DNA of 63,517 nt, the filler included, from Octopus bimaculoides (lineage: Eukaryota): assembly GCF_001194135.2 (NCBI RefSeq). It is 7 parts of 7 records of this genome, joined end to end, with 100 filler letters (N's around TTAATTAATTAA, not from the genome) between each part and the next. Parts side by side here need not be neighbours in the genome. Positions count along the whole stretch, not along the records: positions 37,180 to 51,176 come from NC_068981.1; 6 more parts are not named here. The stretch is one strand, 5' to 3'. Position numbers and translations under genes: made by a program. Numbering within the stretch: the first letter of the stretch is position 1; every line of letters starts with the position of its first letter. The notes below the pieces were generated by a model. That model was not told the origin of the DNA. It did not search any database and saw nothing but the letters and a program-made list of their open reading frames with translations. Below are positions 38,310 through 50,961 of the stretch, in pieces.

Positions 38310-38690
38310 GTGAAGTAAGGTTTCTTCGGAGGAACTCCATTTTGGTCACTTGTATTTGCAATCATAGATCATAGTGATCAAAAGGGTATGATCATGAGTA
38401 TCAAGAGCCAAATTGGATTCCTTACTCATTAGAGTGAGGAATCCAATTTAGCTCAGAGATTAGAGATCAGAGAGTTGCTCCTGGTTGAGGTATTTCTCCC
38501 ATTGAAAGTTTACAGCTCTGGTACTACAGGTTGTCTGAGGAAAGAATCACAGGACAGATTTTTATGAATGAGGCCAACTGGTAGGAGACCTAGGGGAAAA
38601 TCACAAGTGAGATGGTTGGATAATATTCATAGCCTTGGTTGGTTCCAGTTGAGAATCGTGTTGGAACATTTGTTAATCATTGCTTCTGAG
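38310..38690 (+). mobile_element. RTE (Expander/Rex3-like) LINE 3-prime relic
   Basis: IESLQL.....EERITGQIF..PTGRRPRGKSQVRWLDNIHSLGW, matching the G.RPRGRP..RW.D pattern. Confidence 0.7.
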
Positions 38691-39471
38691 AGACTCTGAA
38701 TGACTTATCAAAGGACACTGCTCTGATGACATTCACAGGAATAATGGGATATGAAGATGGATAGATGAATAGTTGAATGAATGGATGGATAGATAAATGA
38801 AGTGAAATTACTTTAAGAACCAAAGCATGATCATTGCAGTAGCTTAATTCTGTAATGTAGCACTTATCATTTGTTTGACACAAATATTGATTACCCTTGA
38901 TTAAACACAAGATCACTTTGTCAAGGATGGTTACAGTTATTGAATTTATCCTTGTACCATTGTCATCATCATCATTTTTGTGCTTCATGACGATTGCTAG
39001 TAAAGAGGTTGAATAGAAACATTATGAACAGCAAAATGGGGAAGAATGGATAATTAGAGGTAGAAAGGGTGGTGGAAGAATGAGTACTGGAAATAAGAGA
39101 AAATTATGAAAAAAAAAGTATGATTTAGCTGGAAGTGAGAGAGAGATTTGATAATGTTTTATGACTGATTGCGTTTCCTGAAGGCAACCCTTTTAGATGA
39201 CTCTTACAAAGTTAAGAACATGTTACACCTATTCTAAAAATCAGAATGCACCTAATATTTTATTAGCATTTTGTTATTTATTCCAAGGGAATGACTAGCT
39301 ATTTTGATTACGGTGGGATTTGAACTTAGGACAAAAAGAGATCAAATTAAATGCTTCAATGCATTTGCTATATCACCCTGTTATCTGTAATTTATTCATT
39401 GCTTTTTCATCTAGAAATATTTTCAAGATAATTGTAAAAGATTTTTACATTTTGACATTTTTCTTTTACAG

Positions 39472-39665
39472 TGCTTGATTCTTATGGGAAGCCAGCAAGT
39501 GGGATTCTTGAAGGAGACTTCACATTTCCTGGTTCTTTTGATGAATGTAACTCTGCAACTGTAACTATTCCTGCAAACTCAACAGAATTTATGTATCAGC
39601 CTTTCAAACCAAAATACTGCCAAGTCATCTTTCCAATTAAAGCGCTTGCAACCATGAATGAAATG
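39472..39665 (+). CDS. nrf-6: Internal coding exon of a nose-resistant-to-fluoxetine-6-like protein (N-terminal NRF domain of an Acyl_transf_3 family acyltransferase)
   Basis: Acceptor ttttcttttacAG at 39470-71 and donor ATG|GTATGT at 39666. 194 nt, phase 1 to phase 0. Translates (M)LDSYGKPASGILEGDFTFPGSFDECNSATV...PKYCQVIFPIKALATMNEM, matching the NRF motif M-x-D-[AS]-x-G-K-x-x-S-G-I-L-x-G...G-S-[FY]-D-E-C. This is a multigene family, so the exact paralogue is unknown. Confidence 0.85.
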
Positions 39666-39715
39666 GTATGTGGTCATCAAGTTAAAATAATTTATGGTTA
39701 ACTAATTTTCATTAA

Positions 39716-39935
39716 CCCTTTAGCATACAAACCGGCCACATCCAACCCAAATATTCTACTTGTTTTATGCTCAGACTGGCCAGATCCAGCTTCTCACACC
39801 TACCCTGCAATGTCATTCTAAAAATATACAATCACATCATTGAAATCTCTAAGCTACAAGATAATGCGTGGTGAATTCAAAACAATGTGAATGTAAAAGC
39901 ATCACATTTGATTAAGAAATCTGAATGCTAAAAGG
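39716..39935. mobile_element. piggyBac-type MITE
   Basis: TTAA|ccctttagcat ... atgctaaaagg|TTAA. Confidence 0.8.
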
Positions 39936-40447
39936 TTAATGAATCTTTATTATATTATTTGCTTTTCTATATTTTTATTTATGTGTTTCAGCCAAGTGGA
40001 TGCGGTCATGCTGGTGCTGTCTATGGTATTTACTGTAACAACTGGAAGGATTGAATCATCATCATCCTTTCTATTTTTTTTTCTTTACATCTACATTTAC
40101 TGGGCTGGTAGCATGTAAAAAGCATCATTCAAGCATGGCCAATGGCGGTGGATGGCACGATTTTTGAATTGCACTTCGGTACACATGTCTATACCGGAAT
40201 AAAATTCAGCACTGAATATGTTCCGGTTATATATTTAATTAATTCAATAATAGGATAAAAATCTTTTACAAGAATTTTATCAAGTAGCTAGTGTGAAAAA
40301 ACTCGTAAGGGAAAAATCCATCATCATCCCTAGAATATATTTATATTTATATAAGGGCATTACTATAGAATAATGCTTCCCCTGATCCCTTATCTGGTGG
40401 TCAATGAGGAAACTAGACGTGCTAACAATTCTGCCAGCTCAGTGCCT

Positions 40448-40481
40448 TAATAATAATAATAATAATAATAAAAACAATAAC

Positions 40482-40522
<41 letters not shown>

Positions 40523-40697
40523 CAATAACGATAATAATAATAATAATAATAATAAAAACAATAACGATAATAATAATAATAAAAACAATAACGATAATAA
40601 TAATAATGAAAACAATAATAATAATAATAATAATAATAAAAACAACAATAATAATAATAAAAACAATAATAATAATAATAATAATAATAAAAACAAC

Positions 40698-40729
<32 letters not shown>

Positions 40730-40822
40730 CAACAACAATAATAATAATAATAATAATAATAAAAACAACAACAATAATAATAATAATAATAAAAACAACA
40801 ACAATAATAATAATAATAATAA
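40448..40822. repeat. Compound (AAT)n microsatellite with periodic AAA-AAC and GAT interruptions
   Basis: Direct reading. Confidence 0.95.
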
Positions 40823-41129
40823 AAGATTATCAGAAGGGTTTTAAGTACTTGAACAATTACTGAAATCTTGTGGTTATCTAAGGTTACAAGTAGTAACCTG
40901 CTACCCATATAAATTCTATCAGGAATAAGACCAAACATGAGTCAAGTCAAATAATAATATTAACATGATGATGATGATGATTGCTGTTGTTTTTTAATTA
41001 AGATAATATGAAAAACATATACAAATTATGAGAGAGAGATAAATGAAATCATAAGTGATATGTACTCTACTTAAGTAGAGTCAACATCGATCAAAAGGTT
41101 AATTTGACAAATCTTAGTTTAATTATATA

Positions 41130-41490
41130 TCCAGATGGGAATGAGCATCTGCTTCTTTAGTTGAAGTTTCAATGTAGCTTTCACAAGATGGTGATCTGCT
41201 CCTACATTGGTTCCTTAACAGGTTTGAACACCAATGCTTCCAATGAGCATTAACGCTAACAACTTTAGTTTCATAGTAGGTGTTCCCATCAGATGATCAC
41301 CATGTCTATTTATAGATTGTTTTGTGTAGGAAATAGATGTAGCTGACAAAAAAGTTGCTTATATTACAGAACAATATCAAGCATTCTTCAATTTTCACTG
41401 CTTCCTTTATTTGATTCAACAATCAGTTCAATGTCATTTTCTGCTGATTTTCATATTGATGTCACAAACAAGTATCCTGACATGAAGGCA
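41130..41490 (-). mobile_element. RTE-BovB-like LINE endonuclease fragment
   Basis: Minus translation ECLILFCNISNFFVS..FLHK..TW*SSDGNT..GADHHLVKATLKL. Confidence 0.75.
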
Positions 41491-41499
41491 TGTGGCCAA

Positions 41500-41960
41500 G
41501 CAGTTAGAGTATTCAGCTCACAATAACAACATTGTGAGTTCCATTCCCAGCAGCATGTTGTATCCTTGAGTAAGACATTTTATTTCACATTACTCCAGTT
41601 CACTCAGCTGGTAAAAATGAGTCGTATCTGTAATTCAAAGGGTAAGTCTTGTCACATTCTGTGTCATGTTGAGCCTCCCTGAGAACTACATTAAGGATAG
41701 GCATGTCTGTTGAGTGCTCAGCCACTTCATCATCATCATCATCATCGTTTAACGTCCGCTTTCCATGCTAGCATGGGTTGGACGATTTGACTGAGGACTG
41801 GTGAAACCGGATGGCAACACCAGGCTCCAGTCTGATTTGGCAGAGTTTCTACAGCTGGATGCCCTTCCTAGATTTTACAAGCAGGCTGCTCAGTTGTTTG
41901 GATCAACTGGAACACCTGTTGTCATAACCTATGGAGTGCCAGTCAAGTACCTTGGCATCA
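41500..41960 (+). mobile_element. SINE family C with a family D copy (minus, 41725-41870) nested inside
   Basis: The family C sequence gagtgctcagccactt is interrupted by catcatc...gcccttccta and resumes at caagcaggctgctc. Confidence 0.75.
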
Positions 41961-42102
41961 TGACTGTGAATTTAACATAGCTCTAGGTTCAGTTTCACTG
42001 GATGGTATTTTGGGTGAGTATCTCTTAATATGGCCCTGGGTTGGCCTAAGCCTTGTTAGATTTGATAGAAGGAAACTGAAAAAAGCTCGTTGTATATATA
42101 TA

Positions 42103-42134
<32 letters not shown>

Positions 42135-42142
42135 GTGAGGTG

Positions 42143-42770
42143 TCATCATCATCATCATTTAATGTCCATTGTCCATGCTGGCATGGGTTGGATGGTTTGA
42201 CTGGACTGGCACACTGGAAGGCTGCACTAGGCTCCAGTCTGATTTGGCATGGTTTCCTACGACTGGATGCCCTTCCTAATGCCAACCACTCTGAGAGTGT
42301 AATGGGTGCTTTTACATGACACCGGTATCTGCCACAACTGCGATTTTGCTCGCCTTGATGCGTCTTCTTCTCAAGCATGATACAATGCCAAAGGCCCAAC
42401 ACTCGAAAGGAACTTGGCCACTCTGCCACTGTGAGGCCCAACACTTGAAAGGAACTCAGGCACCCTGTCTCTGTGAGGCCCAACGTTCCAAAGGAACTCA
42501 GCCACTTCGCCTCCATGAGGCCCAACACTTGAAAGTGTATGCTTATGTTTCCTTGTCTTGACATCGCATGATAGTTATAACAAGCAGTGTCATTAATTTC
42601 CAATATTCTGTGGAAATAAGTCTGGGTATGGAGAAATATTACCTTGCCTGTTTCCAAGGTGTTCTCACCTCTGAAACAGCTGAGTATTAGCAACAGGATG
42701 CTTCAATAAGCTCTGTCTGGCCCATATAAGCATGGAAAGTAGACACTAAAATGATGATGATGATGATGTA
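42143..42770 (-). mobile_element. Long family D copy including four 42-bp internal repeats
   Basis: Family D core at 42143-42320, with repeats starting ggcccaac at 42393, 42435, 42477 and 42519. Confidence 0.7.
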
Positions 42771-43694
42771 TTGGGTCATTCCATAAATAATGCAGTTTTT
42801 TCAATAGCATGAACTAAAAGTTGGAAGGGGACGGGATAAACTACCTGTATCAACTTGCTATAAAAGCAGGTAGTAATTTTGCTTTGTCCTTATTCTTAGT
42901 GCAAGTTTTGAAGAGTGCAGTTTGATTTTAACAGTTATTTTTTCAAAGCTATAATGGAAGTGACAAAGGAGCATATTGAGCATATTTTGCTTTATGAGTT
43001 CAATAAAGGCAACAACACAATGGAAAGTGCAAGGAATATTAATGCAGTATACGGGGATCGGACAATAAGCGTGAGCCAGTGTCAACAGTGGTTCCAGAAA
43101 TTCTGAGCCAGAAACTACAGCCTAGAAGATGATCCTCATCGTGGAAGACTTGTAGAGTTTGATGAGGACGTCCTGCAAACACTGGTGGAACAAAATCATA
43201 TCATAACTGTTGAAGAACTAGCAGAGAAGCTTGGATTTGGTCATTGAACCAGTCATCCAAGTCAGTGCTAGAAGCAAAACAACCATCTTTGGTTTCAAGA
43301 CAAAAGGTGTTCTTCCATCAGGATAATGCTCAGTCACATGAAGCAAGGATGACATTCCAAAGGCTGGAGCAGTTTGAATGGGAAATGATGCCCCACCCAC
43401 CATATTTGCTGGACATTGCCCCATCTGGTTATCATTTATTCTGCAGTCTTCAAAATCATTTGGATGGAAAAAATATGAATTCTGTAGACAAGGTCAGAAC
43501 AGTACTGGAGGAGTATATTTTGTCACAGACAAATGGATTTTGGAATATGGGCCTTGCAAGTCTACCAGATAGATGGAAGAACATTGTAGAATATGAAGGA
43601 GAGTATATTTTAGATTTAAAAAGAATTTTGTTTATCTTAATTTTGAAAAATAAAAGAAGTATAAAAAAATCGCAATATTTATGGGATGACCCAA
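42771..43694 (+). mobile_element. Internally deleted DD34D mariner
   Basis: TA|ttgggtcattccataaata ... tatttatgggatgacccaa|TA. The HTH (HILLYEFNKG..NINAVYG..QQWFQKF) is fused to HQDNA..HPPYLLDIAPSGYHLF..RWKNIVEYEGEY. The first D region is lost and the third D is mutated to G. Confidence 0.95.
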
Positions 43695-43719
43695 TATATA
43701 TGTACGACTGAGTGTTGGG

Positions 43720-45800
43720 TTGTGGCATTAATCAGTCTCACCTTAATCTTTCTGTAACTATTTCTGAGCTCAATCTTTCCTACTTATTTTGTCCTTGGAA
43801 GTTAGTTCTGAGAGCCCACTTCTTGTTCCTGCTAGAAATGCAATGCCATCAACAAATTCCAGGTCACAAAAGCTTTCCATTTGCTTCCACCACAGTCCCC
43901 CTCCAACTGGTTCCTTTCTTTTTGAAGCAGAAAAAGAAGGAGCAAGAGGGTGCACCCTTGACTGTTGTCAGTAACAATGCTAAAGTTGTCAGTATGGACC
44001 ATTGTCTGTTCTGACTCATCAACCGAGATTCTTGATGATGTTGAGAATACTGCTCATTTGAGAAATATTCCATAATGATTTAGCAGTTGACTGACTGGGA
44101 CGATTGTTCTATGATGTTTTTCAGCATGATGATTTGCTTCATACAAGAATGCTTGGAATAAACTCCTTCTTGTTCTTCTAGCAGTGTTGCATCAGTGTCC
44201 AGTCAAATCCTGTTCAGAACACTATGCACAAAACTCTCCTGCTTCAGAGCAACTCTTCACTATTTTTTACAGTCTACTAGAACAATACTTCTCAAACTAT
44301 CTAATGTGGCATACTAGTAGTTTTTTTTTACCAATGTTCCAGGGACTGGTGATATTTCTTAGTAATATTAATCTATACCATGTCAGTGAACAGGTTGCAG
44401 TTTCAAAGCAACAAAAATATTTTGACAAATTAAACTTGTTGTAAATCTAATGGTTTTTGTGTGTTTATAAATGGCTTATAAACACCTTCTATGCTGCAAT
44501 TGTTTTTGTTTCAGCACATGATCTCAGATAAAGTCACTTGCTATGCAAGTACATCTCTGTAATATATATAATGAATATAATAAAAGTTGACATTTTTTTA
44601 ATCTTATATTTGTAAACAAATAATACAATATTACATAAGCTGATAAGTTGTTTACTGCAATGCATAAGGTGAAATTATGCTATTGTTTCTTTTTTTTTCT
44701 GAAAACTTGCCACGTACTGGCAGCTGATGGCTCACAAACTGGCATCGGTCCATGGACCACCACTTTGAGTAGCACTGCACTAAAACATACAAGAATTTAC
44801 TGCTGTTGCCAGTATCTTTTGAGCAGATTTTTTAATGCTGTTATTACTTACATTTTTCTGCTTTAAGAATTCAGTTGAAATATTGCAGTATCCAGCAGCT
44901 TTGTTGCTTTTCAGTTTCCCAAGTGCTTATTTTATTTCCTCTTCTGCGAGCACACCAGTTCTTAATAAGAACTCAACTGGTTCTTCTAAGCTGACCTAAG
45001 AGTATGACAGGATCTGACTGGTTCAAGGTTTCTTGAAAGTTTGAAAGTTCTCCCACCATCTGCTAAATTTGTTCTTTCCCTGTTTGCAGGAGTTTGCCAA
45101 TTTTTTTCTTGACTGGTACACATTTGTTATTTTTGGGACCTATTAGCTCCCTGACAATGCAGTACAGTGTTTTCGTGTCATTTTTGACAATATCTTTTAT
45201 TCTTCAGTCCTACATTCATTAGTTAAATTCTATAATCCAAACCTTCCCCTACCCCATGTTCCTTTCATGATCTTCTGTAGCTGATAGTACATTCAGAACC
45301 TTTTGTTACTGCTATTCTGAACATAGTCCACTGTTCTTCAACACTCTTAAGGTCTGACAGTGGCTGAAATCTGTTCTTCAGCTGTAACTGGTTGTGACCT
45401 GTTGTGATGTCATTCAACTCCTCTATGTCAAATTCTTGGATCTTTTTCTGCCATTTTGGTCAAGGTTTCAATGTTATTTTCCCCAGGTGATGTTCTAATC
45501 TAACATCAGAGCCTCAGTCAGATTTGGGAATCTTATAAGATGGTCTTCCAATGAGCATTGATACAAACAATCTATTTTACCTTTGGTGTCCCCATCAGAC
45601 AATCACTATGTTTTCTTAGGGATCATTTTATGCACAGAATAGGGAAGCTGATATAGAAGCTGTTTATGTTGCAGAACAGTATCAGACGTTCCCCATTTTC
45701 ATTGATCCCTTTATTTGATCCAATATGGCCTAATGACATGCTCAGATCCATGCCACTTCTTGCTGATCTAAATGTTAAAGTCATAAAGTACAGGTATTGA
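43720..45800 (-). mobile_element. Heavily decayed RTE-BovB-like LINE (endonuclease, linker, RT)
   Basis: Minus-strand motifs appear in order: GINENGERLILFC, SDGDTK..ID, RGSDV..HHL, KLKSNKAAG, EQEG...SC..QIIMLKNIIEQS, QGC.L..LLFLL, DLEFVDGIAFL. Confidence 0.75.
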
Positions 45801-46503
45801 CAAACTATGACAATGGCTGGACAAAAATCAGACATCGTATAGGGTCCACGAAAGGAAAATTTAAATCCAGACACAACAAACATTCTTCTTCCTTTAGACA
45901 CCCCCATTAAAATACCTGCAACAACCCATTCAACATTAGTCTGCAGGCTTCAGGATGAAAATGTCAACTACGACATTAAATATAGGATCCTTTCTATGAC
46001 CAAACTTTATATTAACAAACCAAAAAGATGTTCCATATGCTTGCTCAACAAACTATCTTTCAAAAGACTTAAGAACCTCCAGTGACTGTATAAATACCAG
46101 GAGTGAGATTTTTTTCATGTCCATATTTTACAAAATACATCATAACAGTAATTAAGGATTATCCACCAAACGCACCATAACCCATTCTAGTGTTGGTTTA
46201 TGTAATCTTTTATTCTTGTAAAACATTGCTTATATTTCCTGTAGATTGTAAAACACTGCTTATATTTCACCTCTAGATTGCTCTCTGGTCTTTTTCTAAA
46301 TGTACGTGCAAAATCAAACCTCAGTTATTTCGAACGCAGTTACTAAACTTTCTTGTTTATACCAGCTTGACAAATAGCAAAATAAATTAATATTTCAGCC
46401 AGGAAACCCAGGATAGCTGTATTTCTAAAGGCTTTTTTGCAGTATTATTTTAATAATTTCCTTACTATCTTAAATGATCAAGTGTTACTTGTTGAACTTC
46501 ATA

Positions 46504-46553
<50 letters not shown>

Positions 46554-47829
46554 GAAAACACTTTGCAGTTTTAAAATGATAATGAAGAAGAGGAGGAGAA
46601 AGATATGTAGAAAGATAATGAAAATGATATATGATGATAAGTATTACTCTCAAATACTAACAAACCCAAAACCAACAGACCAAAAGGCCAATTCAACAAA
46701 ATTAGTTTATTCATGCAATCTAATTTAATTTACAAATTAAAAAACAGCAGACACACATACACATGTGTATGTGTATGTAAGCGTGTGTGTGTGTGCGTCA
46801 GTGTGTGTGACAGTGTGCATGTGTCAGTGTGCATGTGTGTCAGTGTATGTGTATCATTGTAATTTTAATGTCTACTTTCCTATGTTTATGTGAACCAGAC
46901 AGAATATGTTGAGATAGATTTTTCTACAGGTGGATGTCCTTCCTGTTTCAAACCCTTCGGTGTTCTCATGTAAGGTAATATGTAACTCAAAACTGAAAGT
47001 GGAATCAGATTTATAATAAGATTCATGTTGACTAGACTTAAATGTTTCACATAGCGACTTATTCAACCAGCCTTTGATTGAATAAGCTGTTAGGGGAACG
47101 CTTATGTCCAACCAATATGAAATTTATAATATATATACACACATACATACATACACAGCAGGAACGCCATCTAGGTAGGCAAGGTAGGCAGTGCCTACCT
47201 TGAATAAAATTGATCAATAGCAACATTTAGCTTTTGAGGTAAAATATGCACCTAATTCAATAAAACTATGAAGGTTAGTCTGATTATTATGCATAAAATG
47301 CAAAATATTTTATTTTTTTGCATATTAGGTAGGCATAATTCATCTCTGCTTTTCAATCTCAGTATCTAAGCTATGCATAATACTACTGTAGTACACGTGC
47401 TGCATACATTCCTACAACAATGCTTTCTTTACATGCTATAAAGGTAGATGTAAATCTGTCTACAACTCAGTCGCGAGCCTGTGTTTCACTTACTTTTGTG
47501 TGTTTTACTACATTAAGGTTACGAACTGCTTACCCTGAGTAATTATAGATTGCATGTGCCTGATACACAGATATACACATCACTCACCCACACACACATA
47601 TGCATATATGTATGTGTGTGTGTGTGTGTAAATTTCATCCCCTTACTCAATGTGTTCACCTGTACATTGTTTAATATTTTCTTAAATAGATTAATGATAC
47701 TTGGTTTCTCCTGTTCAGTGGCCATCTTGAGTTCTAGTACTTCTGGGTTCAATCTAAGAAACATGCGTTGTTTTGTTCATCTTTAATATTCAATATTGTT
47801 CTTCTATTTTGAGTACATTTATCAAATTT

Positions 47830-48237
47830 AAGCTGTCTGGCTTATGTGCCAGTGGCACGTAAATAGCACCATTTGAGCATGATTGTTACCAGCGTCACTT
47901 TCCTGGCACTTGTGCCAGTGGCACGTGAAAAGACATTCAAGAGAGATCATTGCCAGTGCCGCTGGACTGGCTCCTGCGCAGATGGCAGGTAAAATACACC
48001 ATTTTGAGAATGGCTGTTGGCAGTACCGCTTGACTGGCCTTCGTGCCGGTGGCACGTAAAAGCACCCACTACACTCTCAGAGTGGTTGGCATTAGAAAGG
48101 GCATCCAGCTGTAGAAACTCTGCCAAATCAGATTGGAGCCTGGTGTAGCCATCTGGTTTCACCAGTCCTCAGTGAAATTGTCCAACCCATGCTAGCATGG
48201 AAAGCGGACATTAAATGATGATGATGATGATGATGAT
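47830..48237 (+). mobile_element. Family D retroposon with four ~66-bp palindrome-bearing 5-prime units and a (GAT)n tail
   Basis: gtgccagtggcacg-type units at 47846, 47912, 47976 and 48043. Ends ...catggaaagcggacattaaatgatgatgat. Confidence 0.85.
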
Positions 48238-48574
48238 CCCATGTTTTATAGTAAACATTGGTATTTTGTTCAAAGTAAATACTACTCTGATCATTCCTGT
48301 ATGAAGTTTTAATTTGGATTTCCTATCCCCTATTTATATTCTTTCTAGGATTCTAATGATTAATGCTATAGGATTGTTCCTTGTAGTTTTCAAGAGATCT
48401 AGTTTGTTAGAGAAATTGAATTCTTGTGTTATAATTTTAGGATGTGCCTTTTCCATTTCTAATGTTTGTTTATTTTAAAATGGCCAGATTTCAGTTTAGG
48501 TCTTTGATATTTTGAGATTATGTTTGGTTGTCATACTGCATCTGCACATGTTTTATTTTGTTGGGTACCGCATA

Positions 48575-48760
48575 AAAAACATCCATGCTGGGGCCATGTA
48601 AAAGCATCCTGTAAAGTAGTTGGCATCTGGAAGGGCATCCAGCCATAGAAATCATGCTAAAACAGACAATTAGAGCCTGATGCAGCTCCCAAGTTTACCA
48701 GCTCCTGTCAAACCATCCAGCATGATAAAAGGACTTGAAATGATGATGATGATGATGATG
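48575..48760 (+). mobile_element. Degenerate family D copy
   Basis: gttggcatctggaagggcatccagcc...atgatgatgatg. Confidence 0.65.
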
Positions 48761-49209
48761 GAAATGTAGTCCAAGTTGTACTCTCTCTTTGTAACTTAGA
48801 AACCAGTTATTACTCATCTCCAAAACATTTAGAAAGTCTGGAAAGAAGACTGTGAAAATACAGAACTTGTATCTCCCCAACAATAGGGAGAGGATAAGAG
48901 ATTAACAGACTCAAAAAAATACAAACTATTTGGTGAAGGAAGATGTAACAAATTATTAAGATGACCTACAATGAACCACAGACCAGATATGTAGTTGGTG
49001 CAAGGTTCCAACAAATGGAAAGTGACTTAAGTGATGCAATAATTTAGTAAATAAAGCAATAAAAGCTAAAAGGCTGATTTGGATGTAATAAGTGAAAAAC
49101 AAACCTGAAAATAATAGGAAAAGAGCAGCGGCAAAAGATTATATCAGATAGCTAAAACAAAAGCTTGACTCGAAGGATACTATATTTTTCTTACTTCTAG
49201 GTTCCTTAA

Positions 49210-49441
49210 CCCATTAAAAGCCATAATTCAGTTATGAATATTTATAAGTTTTTCACATTTTCTTAACTACCAAAGGCACTTTGATTATATTTCTTCTGTT
49301 ATATTGTATATTTTAGTTGTATACTTGAAGAATACTGTAAATATGAAGTATATAACAAAAGAGACATAAAAGAGTATAAAGTCTTATTTATATTAGATTT
49401 AAAATCTTTATCCCCAAAATGGAACATTGACCATTAATAGG
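49210..49441. mobile_element. Probable piggyBac-type MITE
   Basis: TTAA|cccattaa ... ttaatagg|TTAA. Confidence 0.45.
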
Positions 49442-50528
49442 TTAACTTATCACCTGTCATTTATCGTATTATATAACTTTCTAATAATGTGTGTGTGTGT
49501 GTATTTATATGTTTGCTTTTAGTTTGTTTTCTTTTGTTTGTCGGTCATATATATGACTAAATATATATCAGATGCTACATCTAAGATACAAGTATATTGT
49601 TTTGTACAACAAGAAAAACAAGTTATTCACACTTCTTAGATAAGAGTGTATTGCACATTTATGAGTTTTGTACCCCAAAATAAAGAAAAATGGTGCATAT
49701 NNNNNNNNNNATATGTATATATATATATATATGAGAAAGAGAAATGGTACGTGATGATAAGTATTATACTTAAGTAATCAACACCAAAAGGCCAGTTCAT
49801 AAGTTCACTTATGTAATCTTGTGGAATTTGTGTTATAAGTTTATCTTCGTGTGTGTGTGTGCATCTATGCATATCAGGTTATTCACATGCATGCATTACA
49901 GCTGACATGCAGTCTGGTACAATCTGCTGCATGTTCAGGTTGTCAACTAAACTGGTTCTTATCTAGGCTTGTCTGGGGAGGGTGGGTTGCTAGAAACCCA
50001 ATAAATCAAAAGACAATATTTGTCAAAAGAATGGATGAACCCAACATCAGATCTATGATTATACAGAAATTGTGTGGGCACAGAAAATCTCGTGTTGATG
50101 AATGAGTCCACTGCAGGACCATTCAAATATGTAGAAACATCTCTCTAGGAGAAGGATATTCTTAATGTGAACACTGAAACTTGCTCAGCTTATTGTCCCA
50201 GGCAATGCTGAGCCACCTGGAAGAAAGAGGCGCTTTCTAAAATGTGAGTGGTGTTCTGTCAATGGTTTACTTACTGTAATGAATTTCACACCTAGGAATT
50301 CCTTAGGAAACAACTCTAGAAAAACACAAAATTCTGCAGCAATAGGAATAGTGGAACATAGAGGTTTATCTTGCTGGAAATATATGATGACAAACTTACA
50401 CATGGGTGGCTTGGAATATGGATCACTTCTTTCCCAAATTACAGTGACGGATTGGTTCAGCAGCACCTCAGGTAACTGAGTAATTGTTTGCAGGGATAGC
50501 ACTGCTCACCTGCAAGGATATAGAAAAG

Positions 50529-50610
<82 letters not shown>

Positions 50611-50754
50611 GTTTGTATGTCTTTTGCTAAAACCTCAGATCAGCCAAAGATCTGTGATTGCAAGCAGAGTGCAGTCTTGTTGCTTTGTTAGTGATTGGCT
50701 TGAACTCTTTTAAGAAGCACTCAAAGAAAAATGTATTTTCATGCATACATAATC

Positions 50755-50928
50755 ATAAGCAAAGCTATGTGGCTTAAGAAGTTTGCTTCCCAACAATACA
50801 CTCTTTGGTACAGTCTCACACCATGGCACCTTGGGCAAATGTCTTCTACTATAGCCTCTCCCTGGCCAAAGCCTTTTGAGTGGATTTGACTGATGGAAAC
50901 TGAAAGAAGCCCATCATACATATGCATA

Positions 50929-50961
<33 letters not shown>

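Noticed and set aside
39992-40055. Next nrf-6 exon (tttcAG|CCAAGTGGATGC...)
   Set aside because: Stops after 20 codons without a donor, and resembles the decayed SINE B tail (cagtcatttgactgcggccatgctggagc).
40404-40844. Poly-Asn ORF (and poly-Leu/Tyr/Ile in other frames)
   Set aside because: Pure trinucleotide repeat with no splice or homology evidence.
50185-50502. Tc1 transposase relic (YFQQD motif)
   Set aside because: The downstream PPxSPD-like motif is about 390 nt away, which is incompatible with DDE spacing, and no TIRs were found.
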